Shown: positions 31,092 to 43,010, counted from the first letter of the stretch. The stretch is 64,000 bases of DNA from Candidatus Neptunichlamydia sp. (GCA_965233865.1 OZ247587.1:768001-832000); one strand, 5' to 3'. Numbers and translations are program-made. Notes: generated by a model from the sequence alone, not told the origin.

Positions 31092-31328
31092 TTATTCCTC
31101 CGTAACAAAGGGCAGTAGAGCCACGTGTCTGGATTTTTTAATCGCTTTTTTCAGCAGCTGCTGATAGTGGTGCGAAATCCCTGTAATCCGCCGAGGGAGA
31201 ATCTTTCCTCTCTCAGTAATAAATTTCTCAAGGGTTTCGGTATCTTTGTAGTCAATTTCTTTAATCCCTGCGGCCGTAAAAGGGCAGGATTTTTTCTTCT
31301 TAAATCCAAAACTGCGTCGTTTATTCAC
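31092..31328 (-). CDS. rpsR: 30S ribosomal protein S18
   Basis: IDYKD...[15 protein letters not shown]. Confidence 0.97.
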   Translation of the reverse strand: MNKRRSFGFKKKKSCPFTAAGIKEIDYKDTETLEKFITERGKILPRRITGISHHYQQLLKKAIKKSRHVALLPFVTEE

Positions 31329-31343
31329 TTAATCTGTCCTCTA

Positions 31344-31685
31344 TTACTCTTCACCGAGAGGTTTAAATTCAATTTTCTCAAGAACCTTTTCAGTCCGCAT
31401 CGTCATGAAACGGATTAGATCCTCGTTAAGATGATACTCTTTCCACATTTCTTCAATCAGTGTTGGAATAACTGAAAAGTAAAGGAGAAAGTACTGCCCT
31501 TGCTTGTGTCCATCGATTTCATAAGCAAGTTTTTTTCGTCCCATCTCATGGATTTTATGGATTTCTCCTCCATTTCCTTCGATGGTACTCGTAATGCGCT
31601 CCAAAGATTTCTTCAAAGCGTCTTCGCTAAGAGATGCATTTATAATGTACATCCCTTCATAGAGTCTGCTCTCTTGTTTAGTCAT
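31344..31685 (-). CDS. rpsF: 30S ribosomal protein S6
   Basis: LYEGMYI, GRKKLAYEI, IRFM; ATG at 31685 overlaps the pth stop. Confidence 0.96.
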   Translation of the reverse strand: MTKQESRLYEGMYIINASLSEDALKKSLERITSTIEGNGGEIHKIHEMGRKKLAYEIDGHKQGQYFLLYFSVIPTLIEEMWKEYHLNEDLIRFMTMRTEKVLEKIEFKPLGEE

Positions 31686-32245
31686 GCATGTTCCTTCATT
31701 TCTTGAAATAACCACTCTTCGATAAAAGTCACGGATTGAGTGAGTATTTCGGGGATTTTTTCTTGTTCTTCCTTTGTAAAAGGAGCTAAAACATAGTCTT
31801 CTAAGTAACCCACTGCAGGTTCGCCCACACCAAGCCTCAGACGCTGATATTCTTGCGTCCCAAGCTTCTCTTCGATGTCTTTCAGGCCATTATGCCCTCC
31901 AGCACTTCCTTTTTTTCGAAACCGAAGGGTTCCAAAGGGAAGAGCCACATCATCAGAAAGAATGAGGATTTCCTCTTGAGAAACTTTTAAAAAATCCATT
32001 GTCTTTCGCACTGCTTGTCCAGAGAGATTCATGTAGGTTGTTGGGAAAAGGAGGAAAACTTTTCCTTCTTTGACCGTTCCTTTTGCGACTTCTCCTTTGA
32101 GCATATTATCCTTTTTAAAAGGTAATAGATGTTTGTCAGCAAAAGCAGAAAGGACCATTTGACCCAAGTTGTGACGGGTCGACTCATACTTCTTTCCAGG
32201 ATTTCCTAGTCCAACAATGAGGGCTCTTTTACTTTCACTTTCCAT
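31682..32245 (-). CDS. pth: Peptidyl-tRNA hydrolase
   Basis: VGLGNPG, TRHNLG, TYMNLSG, GGHNGL. Confidence 0.97.
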   Translation of the reverse strand: MESESKRALIVGLGNPGKKYESTRHNLGQMVLSAFADKHLLPFKKDNMLKGEVAKGTVKEGKVFLLFPTTYMNLSGQAVRKTMDFLKVSQEEILILSDDVALPFGTLRFRKKGSAGGHNGLKDIEEKLGTQEYQRLRLGVGEPAVGYLEDYVLAPFTKEEQEKIPEILTQSVTFIEEWLFQEMKEHA

Positions 32246-32250
32246 TGGTA

Positions 32251-32808
32251 TTACCGCTTCGCAATTACAACAACGATTTCTTTATCAGCAGCGATGGGAC
32301 GAATGGCATTCCCAAACTCGATATCCCCAATCCGCTTAGATTGTCCAATCGCAAGTTCTTTAATGCTGAGCTTGAAATCAGTTGGTATATCTTTAGGAAG
32401 ACATCTGACCTTAACGTGACGCTTGATTGGGCGAATAAATCCCCCCAACTTCACTCCTACGCAATCGACTTCCCCAGTACACGTAATTGGCACTTTTACA
32501 TCGACAGCTGCCTTATCATCTAAGATCATAAAGTCGAGGTGGAGGACCCGATACGTTGTTGGATGGTATTGGATATCTTTAACGATGGTTGTGATTTTCT
32601 TGCCATCAACCTCAAGTTCAAAAATAGTTGTCGAAAGGTGTCCTTTAGGAAGCCCCCGAATAACCGCCGAGAACTCGGCTCCTTTCACGGTGATTTTTTC
32701 GCAGGGCTTCCCCTTAGAGTAAACCGCAGCAGGTATATCACCCTGATGTCTGAGCTTTGTAAGCTCGCTCTTTTTCTCTCCTGCCCGTTTGGACACTGTG
32801 AGTTTCAT
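32251..32808 (-). CDS. rplY: 50S ribosomal protein L25 / Ctc
   Basis: IPAAVY, KDIQYHP, HLDF, GVKLGG. Confidence 0.95.
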   Translation of the reverse strand: MKLTVSKRAGEKKSELTKLRHQGDIPAAVYSKGKPCEKITVKGAEFSAVIRGLPKGHLSTTIFELEVDGKKITTIVKDIQYHPTTYRVLHLDFMILDDKAAVDVKVPITCTGEVDCVGVKLGGFIRPIKRHVKVRCLPKDIPTDFKLSIKELAIGQSKRIGDIEFGNAIRPIAADKEIVVVIAKR

Positions 32809-32858
32809 AAACACTCCAGATTATTCATTAAAAAAAATTTACTTTCCAAGCAGTGAGA

Positions 32859-33803
32859 CTATGCCTTGGGTCGGAAGAGGGAACTGACCGATTCGTTATT
32901 TACGATACGCTCAATTGCTTTTCCAAATACCCCGGCAACAGAGAGGACTTCAACGTGGGAATGATCTATCTCACTGGGCAGAGGGACAGTGTTGGCAACT
33001 AAAAGATGATCAACTTCCTCAGGTTTTCCATTAAAGAGAAGATGAGTCACCACTGCAAAAACGCGGGAGGCTCCCGCTTCTTTTGCTGCCTTGGACGCTC
33101 CTTTAAGCGTCCCTCCTGTGGAACAAATATCATCCACGAGGATCACGTCCCTTCCCTGCACATTGCCGATGAGTGCATAGACTTCTACATCTTTTGCATT
33201 CATTCGCTGCTTATCTACAATCGCAAAAGAAGCGCTTATTTCAGTCGCCATGATGCGGGCAAGTTTGGCACTTCCCACATCTGGGGCACAAACAACGGGA
33301 TCTTTCAGTCCCAGCTTCTGAATCCCATCCGCAAACACAGTCCGCGCATAGAGATTATCGACTGGAATATCGAAAAACCCTTGGATTTGTTCAGAGTGCA
33401 AATCCATCGTTACTAGGCGCGAAACTCCTGCTGTTTCTAAGAGATTCGCCACAAGTTTTGCCGTTATTGGCACCCGCCCCTTATCTTTGCGATCCTGCCG
33501 CGCATATCCATAATATGGAATAACTGCGACAATACTGCGTGCAGAGGCCCTTTTAAGAGCATCGATTAAAATCAGAAGCTCCATGAAATAGAAATTGGGT
33601 TTCCTCGCTATGCTTTGCACAACGAAAACATCCCGACCACGGACATTCTCAAGTATGCGAACGCCTATCTCACCATCAGGGAATAATTCGATTTGAGTAC
33701 TGCCAAGCTTGATACCCAGGTTCTTTGCAATTTCTTCCGACAAAATCGGATGGGATGTTCCCGAGAAAAGCATAAATGGTGTATCAGCCATTGACTCACT
33801 CAA
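32859..33803 (-). CDS. prs: Ribose-phosphate pyrophosphokinase
   Basis: FPDGE, PYYGYARQDR, DLHS, VDDICSTGGT. Confidence 0.97.
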   Translation of the reverse strand: MSESMADTPFMLFSGTSHPILSEEIAKNLGIKLGSTQIELFPDGEIGVRILENVRGRDVFVVQSIARKPNFYFMELLILIDALKRASARSIVAVIPYYGYARQDRKDKGRVPITAKLVANLLETAGVSRLVTMDLHSEQIQGFFDIPVDNLYARTVFADGIQKLGLKDPVVCAPDVGSAKLARIMATEISASFAIVDKQRMNAKDVEVYALIGNVQGRDVILVDDICSTGGTLKGASKAAKEAGASRVFAVVTHLLFNGKPEEVDHLLVANTVPLPSEIDHSHVEVLSVAGVFGKAIERIVNNESVSSLFRPKA

Positions 33804-33812
33804 ATCATAAAA

Positions 33813-33884
33813 TTGGGGTGGGAGGATTCGAACCTCCGCATGCCGATGCCAAAAACCGGTGCCTTACCGCTTGGCTACACCCCA
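33813..33884 (-). tRNA. tRNA-Gln (TTG)
   Basis: TGGGGTGTAGCCAAGCGGTAAGGC-ACCGGT-TTTTGGC-ATCGG...GGTTCGAATCC; cloverleaf folds; CCA not encoded. Confidence 0.95.
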
Positions 33885-34122
33885 GCAAATTCAATTAACC
33901 ATAAGTCTTGAACAAACGAGTCCAACAGCCCAGGCTAAACAAGCTACCAGTTTAACTTCCTATACATTTCTTTTCAACACCTAAATGCATCCAATCTCCA
34001 TCTACAGTCACACCAAAATTTTATGTTGATAGGCTCTTGGGGATATCTAAAAACTATTGATCTACGAACCTATCCTGAAATAAACCCTTTAATTTAAGAT
34101 AGGTTCGTGGTAACTAAAAAAT

Positions 34123-35598
34123 ATGTATATTGTGCATTTGACAACAGAGCTGGCTCCTCTTGCCAAAGTAGGAGGGCTGGGTGATGTGATAGCCGGCCTC
34201 TCTAAGGCTTTGACTGAAGAAGGCGAGAGGGTGGAAGTCATTCTTCCCTTTTATAACCATATCGATCAAAAATTGCTTAAAAATCTAAAAGTAGATTTTG
34301 AAAACCTTCTTTCCTATGAGGACCTTGAAGAAGTCAAAAACACCGTATGGTCAGCTGAGTTTGATGGAATATCTCTTATTTTAATCGAGCCTCATAGCGA
34401 GGCAGAGTATTTTGAGCGAGGTGTGATCTATGGGGAAGAAGATGATCTTTCCCGCTTTACCTATTTCACAAAAACTGCAATGGAGTATCTTCTTAAGAAA
34501 GGAAAACATCCCGATATCCTCAACATCCATGATTGGCTCACCTCAATCGCTGCTCCCCTTTACCGAGGGATCTATCAATCCCTTGGTCTCAAGATTGGAG
34601 GAATCATGACAACTATCCATAATATGAAATATCAGGGAACATGCGTCCCACAAAAAGTCAAGAGGCTAGGGCTTAAGACAGAGTATCTGATCACAAAAGA
34701 CAAAATGCAAGATCATAAAAATCCGAAAAAGATTAATCTCTTGAAAGGCGCCCTTGTTTTTTCTGATAGTTTAACAACAGTTTCTCCTACTTACGCAAAA
34801 GAAATTCAAGGAAAAGAAGGATTTGGCCTTGACCCTCTTCTTATCGAAAATAAAGGGAAGCTTCGAGGCATCTTAAATGGCATTGACACCTCCTATTGGA
34901 ACCCTGAGACAGATCCTCTTTTAGAGCAAAATTATCAAACAGATGGAATAGATCTCGATGAGGTCATTAAGGCTAAAACAGTGAACAGAAAAGCGCTGCA
35001 ACAGAAACTCCATATGGATTACGACCCTGCTCCTTTATTCATCTCTGTGACACGGATCGTTGAGCAAAAGGGCCCCGAAATGATTCGTTTTGGAATTGAA
35101 TATGTCCTAAAAAAAGGAGGGCAATTCATCCTTCTTGGATCAACATCCGAGCCCTCACTCAAAGCAGAGTTCTATGATTTGGCTGAAGAATACCGCGACA
35201 ATCCCCATACCCATTTCCACTTTACCTTTGATGAAATGCTAGCACATCTTACTTTTGCCTCGGCAGACTGCATCATAATTCCCTCACTATTTGAGCCTTG
35301 TGGTCTCACGCAAATGATCTCTCTGCGCTATGGAACGATTCCCATCGTCCATAAAGTGGGAGGACTCACCGATACAGTCTTTGATATAGACCATGGTGAA
35401 ATCCCCCTTGACAGAAGAAACGGATACACCTTTGACTTTCCCTCTGAGGACAATCTACGCTGCTCAATCGATCGCGCCTTCGAACATCACAAAAATGACC
35501 AAAAAAAATGGAGGCTAATGCTTAAAAATGGCTTTCAAAAGGATTGGAGTTGGAAAACCTCCGCACTGAAATACTTGGAAGCCTATCGCTCTGTCTGA
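34123..35598 (+). CDS. glgA: Glycogen synthase
   Basis: KVGGLGDV, HDW, GILNGID, PSLFEPCGLTQMISLRYG. Confidence 0.96.
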   Translation: MYIVHLTTELAPLAKVGGLGDVIAGLSKALTEEGERVEVILPFYNHIDQKLLKNLKVDFENLLSYEDLEEVKNTVWSAEFDGISLILIEPHSEAEYFERGVIYGEEDDLSRFTYFTKTAMEYLLKKGKHPDILNIHDWLTSIAAPLYRGIYQSLGLKIGGIMTTIHNMKYQGTCVPQKVKRLGLKTEYLITKDKMQDHKNPKKINLLKGALVFSDSLTTVSPTYAKEIQGKEGFGLDPLLIENKGKLRGILNGIDTSYWNPETDPLLEQNYQTDGIDLDEVIKAKTVNRKALQQKLHMDYDPAPLFISVTRIVEQKGPEMIRFGIEYVLKKGGQFILLGSTSEPSLKAEFYDLAEEYRDNPHTHFHFTFDEMLAHLTFASADCIIIPSLFEPCGLTQMISLRYGTIPIVHKVGGLTDTVFDIDHGEIPLDRRNGYTFDFPSEDNLRCSIDRAFEHHKNDQKKWRLMLKNGFQKDWSWKTSALKYLEAYRSV

Positions 35599-36230
35599 TC
35601 GCTCTGCCATGCTTGGCGAATGTAGCTTCGATTAGCCCAAATATACTCTCCCCCAGCAAAAACAGTATAGACAGCTGCCGCTGAAATAATAATAAAACTG
35701 ATGTTTTGCAGTTGAAGAAGAGGTAGCCTTCCCCATGCATAAGGAATCATAAGGATCAGGATCGCAAAGATCGAAGATGCCTGAAGAACGGCTTTGATTT
35801 TCCCACTAGTACGCGCTGCAAGAGTTACCCCTCGGAAAGCACAGACTGTTCTCAGAGTACTGATCATTGCATCTCGATAGACAAAGGCAAACACCAGAAT
35901 CAACGGAAGTTGAATGAATCCTTGAGTGAAGGTAAGCAATATGGTAAGGCGCGTAATACTATCAGCCATTGGATCCAAAATCTTACCGAGCTCTGTTACT
36001 AAATTAAATCGCCTTGCAAGAAACCCATCGAAAAAGTCAGAAAGCTCTGAAAGCACGAGCAAGAAAATCAGAATAAATGGAAGCGCGTGGAGGGTAATCC
36101 CCAACTGTTGGTACTTCAAATAGAAAATCAAAAAGATCGGACTGATAAAAATTCTTCCAATCGTTAAAAATAATGGGAGTTTCAAAGGTATTTCTCCTCG
36201 AAAAATTGAAACTTTACTTGTAGCTCTCAT
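35583..36230 (-). CDS. pgsA: CDP-diacylglycerol--glycerol-3-phosphate 3-phosphatidyltransferase
   Basis: SDFFDGFLARR...GKILDPMAD. Confidence 0.92.
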   Translation of the reverse strand: MRATSKVSIFRGEIPLKLPLFLTIGRIFISPIFLIFYLKYQQLGITLHALPFILIFLLVLSELSDFFDGFLARRFNLVTELGKILDPMADSITRLTILLTFTQGFIQLPLILVFAFVYRDAMISTLRTVCAFRGVTLAARTSGKIKAVLQASSIFAILILMIPYAWGRLPLLQLQNISFIIISAAAVYTVFAGGEYIWANRSYIRQAWQSDQTER

Positions 36231-36260
36231 GATACCATAGGTTGATGCTTTTCTGCCCCC

Positions 36261-37331
36261 TTATACTGACTTTGCTTCAATTTCTAAAGGTTTTTTTTCG
36301 TCTTTCTTACGGAGGGCTAACTGACCGCAAGCCGCAGCGATGTCCTTTCCCTTAGTATAACGACGGGTGGTGCGCACCCCTCTTTTCAATAAAATCGCAT
36401 GAAATTTTTCAATTTTTTCTTTGCTAGGCCTTTTGAGATTGAGTCCACTTACTGGATTGTAAGGAATTAAATTGACAGTGCATTGCTCATTTTTAAGAAG
36501 AGATGCAAGCTCTTCAGCATTTTCTTCCGTGTCATTAATTCCGTCTAGAAGGACATATTCATAGGTTAAATCTCTCTTGGTAAACCTCGCGTACTCACGA
36601 GCACTTTGCAAAACTTCCTCAATCGAAAACTTGCGGGCATAGGGAACAACCTTTTTCCGAATGTGCTGATTAGGCGCATGAAGAGAAAGGGCAAGGTTGA
36701 CTTTGAATCCATCTTCCATCAGCCGCCTAATGTTAGGAGCCACACCGACGGTAGAAACGGTAATTCTTCGGGAAGAAAATCCGAAAAGATCAGGATCCAT
36801 CAAGATTTTGAGAGCGCGAACAACCCCTATATAATTCTCCAAAGGCTCCCCCATTCCCATAAAAACCAGGTGACTGACCCGCTCACTAATTTGCAGTAAA
36901 TAGTTGTTAATGAGGACCACTTGCTCCACAATCTCTGCAGGAGTAAGATTGCGGATGGCCCCCTCCTTCCCTGAAGCGCAAAAAGCGCACCGCGCCGGGC
37001 AACCCACCTGAGAGGACACACAAACAGTGCGCCGATCTCCACTCATAATGAGCACTGATTCAACAAAATGGTTATCCGAAAGTTTCCACAAAAACTTCTT
37101 TGTTTCTCCGTCCTCTGAATCTTCTACTTTTTCAAGTTGCAATACGCCAATATCAACCTTCTCTTTTAAAAGCGATCTAAGTGGTTGTGGGAGGTTAAGC
37201 ATCTGATCGTAGTCTACTTTACCTTTTTGGTAGACCCAGTCAAAAAGTTGTTTTGCCCGGAATGTTTTTTCACCCTCCTCTTCAAAGAAGATTTTCACTT
37301 CTTTAGATAGAAGACCACAAAATTCTCGCAT
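36261..37331 (-). CDS. rlmN: 23S rRNA (adenine-2503-C2) methyltransferase RlmN
   Basis: CVSSQVGCPARCAFCAS, MGMGEP, AACGQL; start at MREF assumed. Confidence 0.96.
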   Translation of the reverse strand: MREFCGLLSKEVKIFFEEEGEKTFRAKQLFDWVYQKGKVDYDQMLNLPQPLRSLLKEKVDIGVLQLEKVEDSEDGETKKFLWKLSDNHFVESVLIMSGDRRTVCVSSQVGCPARCAFCASGKEGAIRNLTPAEIVEQVVLINNYLLQISERVSHLVFMGMGEPLENYIGVVRALKILMDPDLFGFSSRRITVSTVGVAPNIRRLMEDGFKVNLALSLHAPNQHIRKKVVPYARKFSIEEVLQSAREYARFTKRDLTYEYVLLDGINDTEENAEELASLLKNEQCTVNLIPYNPVSGLNLKRPSKEKIEKFHAILLKRGVRTTRRYTKGKDIAAACGQLALRKKDEKKPLEIEAKSV

Positions 37332-37557
37332 TATAACTCCTACTTCATGCAACATTATCTCGAATTCGTGCATTTTTTGGCTGCATCTCCCCAGCAATTT
37401 TGGTGGGCCAGAATGCTTTTTAATTTTCAGAAATGGCTATTTGACCATTCCATTCAAATTAAATTAAAAATATCCTGCTCTATCGGAAGCACTAGATATC
37501 TTTTAGAAAAAATGCACGAAGCTAAGATTATTACATAATTCAAGGGTAATTGCAAAG

Positions 37558-40527
37558 ATGACTTTTCAAGAAATTATCAGCAAGTTAACAGCTTTTTGGG
37601 CAAAGCAGGGATGTCTCATTCAGCAAGGACACGACGTAGAAGTGGGGGCTGGAACATTTAACCCTGCCACCTTTCTCCGCTCCCTCGGCCCTGAGCCCTA
37701 TAATACTGTTTATGTAGAACCCTCAAGGCGTCCCCAAGATGGCCGTTTTGGAGATAATCCCAACCGCACGCAACTTTTCCATCAACTTCAAGTCATTATG
37801 AAACCCTCCCCTAAAGAGATTCAGAAATTCTACCTCCAATCTCTTGAAACACTTGGATTCGACTTAAAGCAACACGACATTCGTTTTGTCCATGATGACT
37901 GGGAATCTCCTACACTAGGCGCATGGGGCCTCGGATGGGAAGTCTGGATAGATGGAATGGAAGTGACCCAGTTTACCTATTTCCAGTCTGTTGCAGGCTA
38001 TACCCTGAAACCTATTAGCGTGGAACTCACTTACGGTCTCGAGCGTCTCTCTATGATTGTACAGAAGAAAGATAACTTCTTTGATATGCAGTACAACGAA
38101 CAGTTTACCTACGGCGATATCTACCACAGAAACGAAGTCGAGTGGAGTCACTACAACTTCTATAAATCTTCGACAGAGATGTGGCTACGCCACTTTGCAG
38201 ATTTTGAAAGAGAAGCAAAAATACTTGTTGAATTAAACCTTCCGATTCCTGCCTACGACTTTGTAATGAAAGCTTCCCATGCATTCAATATGCTTGAGGC
38301 GCGAGGAGTCCTCTCCGTAACAGAGCGAACGGGTTACATTGCTCGTGTTCGTGATATCGCAAAAGCATCGGCTACTGAATATCTTGCATCTAGGGAAAAA
38401 CTAAGTTTCCCTCTCTTAAGACGACTAAAAAAAGAAGAAAATACATTCTCTCTCCGATCGCTGCCCGAAACTTTTGACTCTAAGAAGACGAGTGACTTCC
38501 TCTTTGAAATTGGCTCAGAAGAACTCCCTGCACTCTTTGTTCCTATTGGAAACAGAAACCTCAAAAGTGCGATCGAAAAACTCTTAAAAGAGCACAAACT
38601 TACCTACTCAGTTATTGACGTTTATGGAACACCCCGCCGCTTAAGTGTCCTGGTGAGAGATTTGATTCATGGAACAGAAGATAGCGCAGATACACGGCGT
38701 GGCCCGCCAGTTTCAACCGCCTATGACCATCAAGGAAATGTAACAAAGCAAGGGATGGGGTTTTTCAAATCCCTCGGATTTGAAAATTCTCCCACGCTTC
38801 AAGAGATCAAAAACCACAATATGCTCCATATTCAAGAGATCAAAGAGAGCGACTACCTCATGGCCTCTCTAGAGAAAAAGGGTGTCTCTACAATTAAAAT
38901 CTTAAGCCAAGTCCTTCCTAAAATTATTGGTAATCTCCCCTTCCCAAAAAAAATGCGCTGGAGCGATCTTGACGTCAGTTATGCACGCCCATTGCAGTGG
39001 ATCGTGGCCTTGTTAGGGACGAATGTTATTCCGTTTGAAATTGCCGGTGTGGTCTCAGGGAATCACTCTGCAGGACACGCTCAGCTATGTGACAAAACCT
39101 TTCCAATTGAATCTGCAAGTGATTATGTTGCTCGATTAGAAGAACATAAGGTAATAGTCGACATAGCAAAAAGAAAACGTATCATTTGTCAAGAACTGGA
39201 AGCTATTGAAAAGGAAACAAACACCCTTGCAGTTTTCAAAGAAAAGGTTCTCTCTCAAGTGCTTTATCTTACCGAATGGCCAGAACTCACCTATACCTCT
39301 TTCGATAAAACGTTTTTAAAAGCGCCTCAGGAAGTCCTCACCTCAGAAATGGTGGAGCATCAAAAGTATTTTCCTCTTATGAACCATAGCGGTCACCTCG
39401 CTCCCCTCTTTGTCATCACAGCCGACAACACCCCCAATGAAATGATAAAAGAAGGAAACCAAAATGTCCTTTCAGCGCGTCTTTCCGATGGAGTCTTTCT
39501 TTATGAAGAAGATTTAAAAACTTCAATGGATGACTTTGCTAAAAAGCTTGAGAATATCATCTTTCAAAAAGAGCTCGGAACGATGGCCGACAAGGTTGAT
39601 CGCCTCAAAAGACTTGCCCTAATGCTTGCCCAAGCTTTGGAAATAGGAAACGAAAAAACTGTTCTTCGCGCGGCCTCTCTCTGCAAAGCTGACATCGCAT
39701 CAGAACTTGTACAAGAATTTCCAGACCTTCAAGGAACAATCGGAAAACACTACGCCATCCATCAAAAAGAAGAAGAGGAAGTTGCAATCGCTATTGAAGA
39801 ACACTGGCTTCCAAAATCAGAAGGAGGAGCCCTCCCAGAATCAAAAACAGGGATTCTCCTAAATCTTGCCGATAAACTCGACAATTTGATCAGCTATTTC
39901 AAAGTGGGATTAAAGCCCACCTCTTCTAGCGATCCCTATGCCCTCAGACGTCAAACGATTGGGGTGATTAAAATTCTCATTGAAAACAACTTAAGCCTCG
40001 ACCTTCAAACCGTCATTAAAGATCAAGCGGTTCTCAACTTTCTAACCGCTCGTGCTAAAGGTGTCCTGGAAGATTACAGTTTCCAAAAGGATGAGATTGA
40101 AGCTTCTCTCCAAGGGCTTTGCACCAACCCTTATGACCAGTTTTTAAAAACCAAAGCCCTCAACCTATTCCGCGCTAGTGACCATTTTGATGGGCTTTTT
40201 GAGGTCTATAAGCGCGCTAAAGGGCAAATCAGCAAAGAAAAAATCCATGCCCTTAAACCTGATCTTTTTCTTGAACCCTCTGAAAAATCCCTATATGAAT
40301 CCCTATCTACCCTCAAAAAAACCTTTAAAGATGCTCTCTCCTCTAGAAACTACCAGGGCGCTTTTGAGCACCTCAGCACCCTCAGAGCTCCCCTTGCAGC
40401 CCTTTTTGAGGAAGTTCAAATCCTAGCTGATGAGCCAAAGATACGGACCAACAGAATCGCTCTCCTCCAAGAGGTCTTTTCCCATTTCTCCCTACTACTT
40501 GATTTTGGAAAGATTCAGAACATTTAG
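37558..40527 (+). CDS. glyQS: Fused glycyl-tRNA synthetase alpha/beta
   Basis: [25 protein letters not shown], then FEIGSEELP and DPYALRR. Confidence 0.96.
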   Translation: MTFQEIISKLTAFWAKQGCLIQQGHDVEVGAGTFNPATFLRSLGPEPYNTVYVEPSRRPQDGRFGDNPNRTQLFHQLQVIMKPSPKEIQKFYLQSLETLGFDLKQHDIRFVHDDWESPTLGAWGLGWEVWIDGMEVTQFTYFQSVAGYTLKPISVELTYGLERLSMIVQKKDNFFDMQYNEQFTYGDIYHRNEVEWSHYNFYKSSTEMWLRHFADFEREAKILVELNLPIPAYDFVMKASHAFNMLEARGVLSVTERTGYIARVRDIAKASATEYLASREKLSFPLLRRLKKEENTFSLRSLPETFDSKKTSDFLFEIGSEELPALFVPIGNRNLKSAIEKLLKEHKLTYSVIDVYGTPRRLSVLVRDLIHGTEDSADTRRGPPVSTAYDHQGNVTKQGMGFFKSLGFENSPTLQEIKNHNMLHIQEIKESDYLMASLEKKGVSTIKILSQVLPKIIGNLPFPKKMRWSDLDVSYARPLQWIVALLGTNVIPFEIAGVVSGNHSAGHAQLCDKTFPIESASDYVARLEEHKVIVDIAKRKRIICQELEAIEKETNTLAVFKEKVLSQVLYLTEWPELTYTSFDKTFLKAPQEVLTSEMVEHQKYFPLMNHSGHLAPLFVITADNTPNEMIKEGNQNVLSARLSDGVFLYEEDLKTSMDDFAKKLENIIFQKELGTMADKVDRLKRLALMLAQALEIGNEKTVLRAASLCKADIASELVQEFPDLQGTIGKHYAIHQKEEEEVAIAIEEHWLPKSEGGALPESKTGILLNLADKLDNLISYFKVGLKPTSSSDPYALRRQTIGVIKILIENNLSLDLQTVIKDQAVLNFLTARAKGVLEDYSFQKDEIEASLQGLCTNPYDQFLKTKALNLFRASDHFDGLFEVYKRAKGQISKEKIHALKPDLFLEPSEKSLYESLSTLKKTFKDALSSRNYQGAFEHLSTLRAPLAALFEEVQILADEPKIRTNRIALLQEVFSHFSLLLDFGKIQNI

Positions 40528-40719
40528 AAACAATTATTTATATTTTAGTTTCAATTAAGAACCTATCCCCTCAGTCTGAGTACAGGACATTTTTTAACAG
40601 ACCTTAAATTTTTCATTAATAACCAGTAGCTTAGGATCTGTCCCTAAAGATAAAAATTGATTAGACTTTCATAGAGTAAACCTAAAGGAGGCTAACGTTA
40701 TGTTAACAACTCATTGCTA

Positions 40720-41464
40720 CAACTCATTGCTAGTTTATTTTGCCCCTAATTTGTATGAACCGCTTTATTTGATTGCAGATGGATTGTAACCTCAGCTTCG
40801 TATAGGAGTAAAAATGAGTAGAAGCAAGAAATACTAAAGCATTCCGACTCATCTGTCACGAGAGGAGTTTGACCAATTTGTCTTGCCCCACCTCATGGAA
40901 AGAATGAATCACCTCTCATACGTGAAGCAATGGGCCCATTGAAAAGTATGGCAAAGGCTGTGGGGTTCAACATTAAAGGATCCACCATGAGCCTCGATGG
41001 GGTCTATGATTGCCGTAAAAACCGTAAGAAAATCTTCAATGCGAGAATGAAACCTAACATCAATCCAAACAAACGAAATAGAAAAAAGAGCAAGAGTAGT
41101 CGCAAGCCCATGTTTGACTTCGAGGTTTTTAAAGAACGCTTCTGTACCATATAGCGAGTCTTTGCATGGGAGGACAAGTTCAAACGGCTTCTTATACGGT
41201 TCGAGAGAATCAGCTCGCATCACTATGGGATGAAGTATATAGCATTTGCTCTCACTAACTTACGCCACTTTTGCAGCGGTTAGGCCTAAGACAAACCTAC
41301 TTTCATCGAGACTAGTTTGTTTTGAAGATGCACTCGCATGTCCAAAAATGACTGTTTTCGTGCCATGCAGAGAAGGTAGAGTATTTTTTCGGCTCCAATG
41401 TGAACTTTCGATATAGCTGCATAAATTTTCCATACGATTTTTTAGGGAAACTAGCAATGAGTTG
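40720..41464 (+). mobile_element. IS5-family type A element, internally deleted, both TIRs present
   Basis: CAACTCATTGCTAGTTT ... AAACTAGCAATGAGTTG; an extra 13-bp TIR copy at 40707; central part missing relative to 46361-47029. Confidence 0.88.
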
Positions 41465-41959
41465 CAAGCTTCTTCTTCGGATTATTTTGGATCAAAATTC
41501 ATCATGTCGTCTCTTCTATTTCCATTTACAAAAACAAATGTGAGTGATGAAGAGTTCCGCTACCAGTATTTTTTCTCGGTAACATGCCCTCAAAATGGCG
41601 ATTTTCATCAAAGATACTGGAATAAACTAAGAAAAAGAGTAAAAGAGGTTTCAGCTGAATGGAATCGCAATGTTCTTGTTCTTTCTGGACCTCTCTTTCT
41701 TTCGGAAAGGGGACAAACAACATATCCCGTGATTGGCTCTGATGAAATTCCTGTTCCGACTCACTTTTTTCAGGTGATTTTCCCGACAATAGTACTGGAT
41801 AAAGCAGAAGCGTACATCGTCCCGAATCAGAAAGTTGATGTAGATCTACCACTGGGCTCTTTCAAAGTTAGCTTGACGGAATTTCGAAGAAGATCGGGCG
41901 TTTTGCTTCCAGAAAACATGTCTGACTACTTTCCTCCGGCAATTCCACTACGAATTTAG
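41465..41959 (+). pseudogene. DNA/RNA non-specific endonuclease (NucA/EndoG-like), 5'-truncated
   Basis: PQNGDFHQRYW..L, VLSGPLF, IPVPTHFFQV, AYIVPN. Confidence 0.75.
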
Positions 41960-41978
41960 CACTTAAGTTATTGAAGCT

Positions 41979-43010
41979 TTAATCAATATTATCCAAAAGC
42001 TTTTCCATTTGTTCTAGAGATGGCAACTCGTTTTGAAGCTCTTTAGGTAATTTTTTTACCAAATGGTAGGAGGCAACATTAATAGGCTTGTTAGCGTCTT
42101 TAAGGGCATACTCGACTACGGTTCGTTTCTTGCTTTTACATAGGATAATTCCTATAGACGGGTTTTCTCCTTCAAGGCGAACCTTATCGTCAAGTACTGC
42201 TAGGTAGAACTGCATTTTTCCAACGTGTTCTGGAACAAACTCAGAGATCTTTAACTCGACAGCGATAAGGGATTTTAGTCGCCTGTGATAGAAAAGAAGG
42301 TCGATAAAAAACTCTTGTCCTTCCATTTCAATTCGGTACTGTGATCCAAGGAAAGAGATTGATGTACCAACCTCTCGAAGAAATGCCTCAATATTTTTAA
42401 CGATAGCCTTCTCAAGTTCGTGTTCGCTATGCTCGTCCGCCAGTCCAAGGAAATCAAGAGCATACTCGTCTTTTGCAACAAGGATAGCTTCTGGGTGAAG
42501 GTTAATTGGAAGATTCTTCTTGAAATTCGACTGCGCAACCATGGTCTTTTCAAAAGTTCCACCCTCAATATGGTGGATTAAGACCCTGTAGGTCCACCCA
42601 TTTCTCTTAGACATCTTCATGTAAAACTCTCTTTCAATAGGGTCCTTACACTTAGATAAAATGGCCACATTATGGGACCAGCTAATTTGTGCAGACAGTG
42701 TCTGCAATTTTTCGTCACTTACATAAGAGAAGTATAAATCCCTCATTGTGTATAAATTACGATACGAAAACCCTCTCATGCCAGGAAAGGCTTTTTGAAG
42801 ATCTGAAGCCAATGTTTTAACGACAGCATCCCCCCATTCCCCAGTTTCTTGTTCCTCTTGAATGATCTTTCCAATGTCCCTATACACCTCTATAAGCTCT
42901 CGGTTTACAGAGCTCATGGCTCGAGCTTGGGCTGATTTAATCTTAGAGCTGATAGAGTTCAGAATGTCGGAATACCCTTTAGGTAGCTTTTTTGGGGTGT
43001 CTTTAGCCAT
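41979..43010 (-). CDS. YhcG / DUF1016 PD-(D/E)XK nuclease-domain protein
   Basis: GFSYRNL, ISWSHN, KDEY.LDFL, FIDLLFYH, VELK, GKMQFYL, IGIILC. Confidence 0.93.
   Translation of the reverse strand: MAKDTPKKLPKGYSDILNSISSKIKSAQARAMSSVNRELIEVYRDIGKIIQEEQETGEWGDAVVKTLASDLQKAFPGMRGFSYRNLYTMRDLYFSYVSDEKLQTLSAQISWSHNVAILSKCKDPIEREFYMKMSKRNGWTYRVLIHHIEGGTFEKTMVAQSNFKKNLPINLHPEAILVAKDEYALDFLGLADEHSEHELEKAIVKNIEAFLREVGTSISFLGSQYRIEMEGQEFFIDLLFYHRRLKSLIAVELKISEFVPEHVGKMQFYLAVLDDKVRLEGENPSIGIILCKSKKRTVVEYALKDANKPINVASYHLVKKLPKELQNELPSLEQMEKLLDNID

Noticed and set aside
4223..40426. Many short antisense or nested ORFs in the track
   Set aside because: Shadow frames of well-supported genes with no motifs of their own
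37558..40527. GlyQ-GlyS fusion and SEC-C-Map fusion as novelties
   Set aside because: Both are known chlamydial traits
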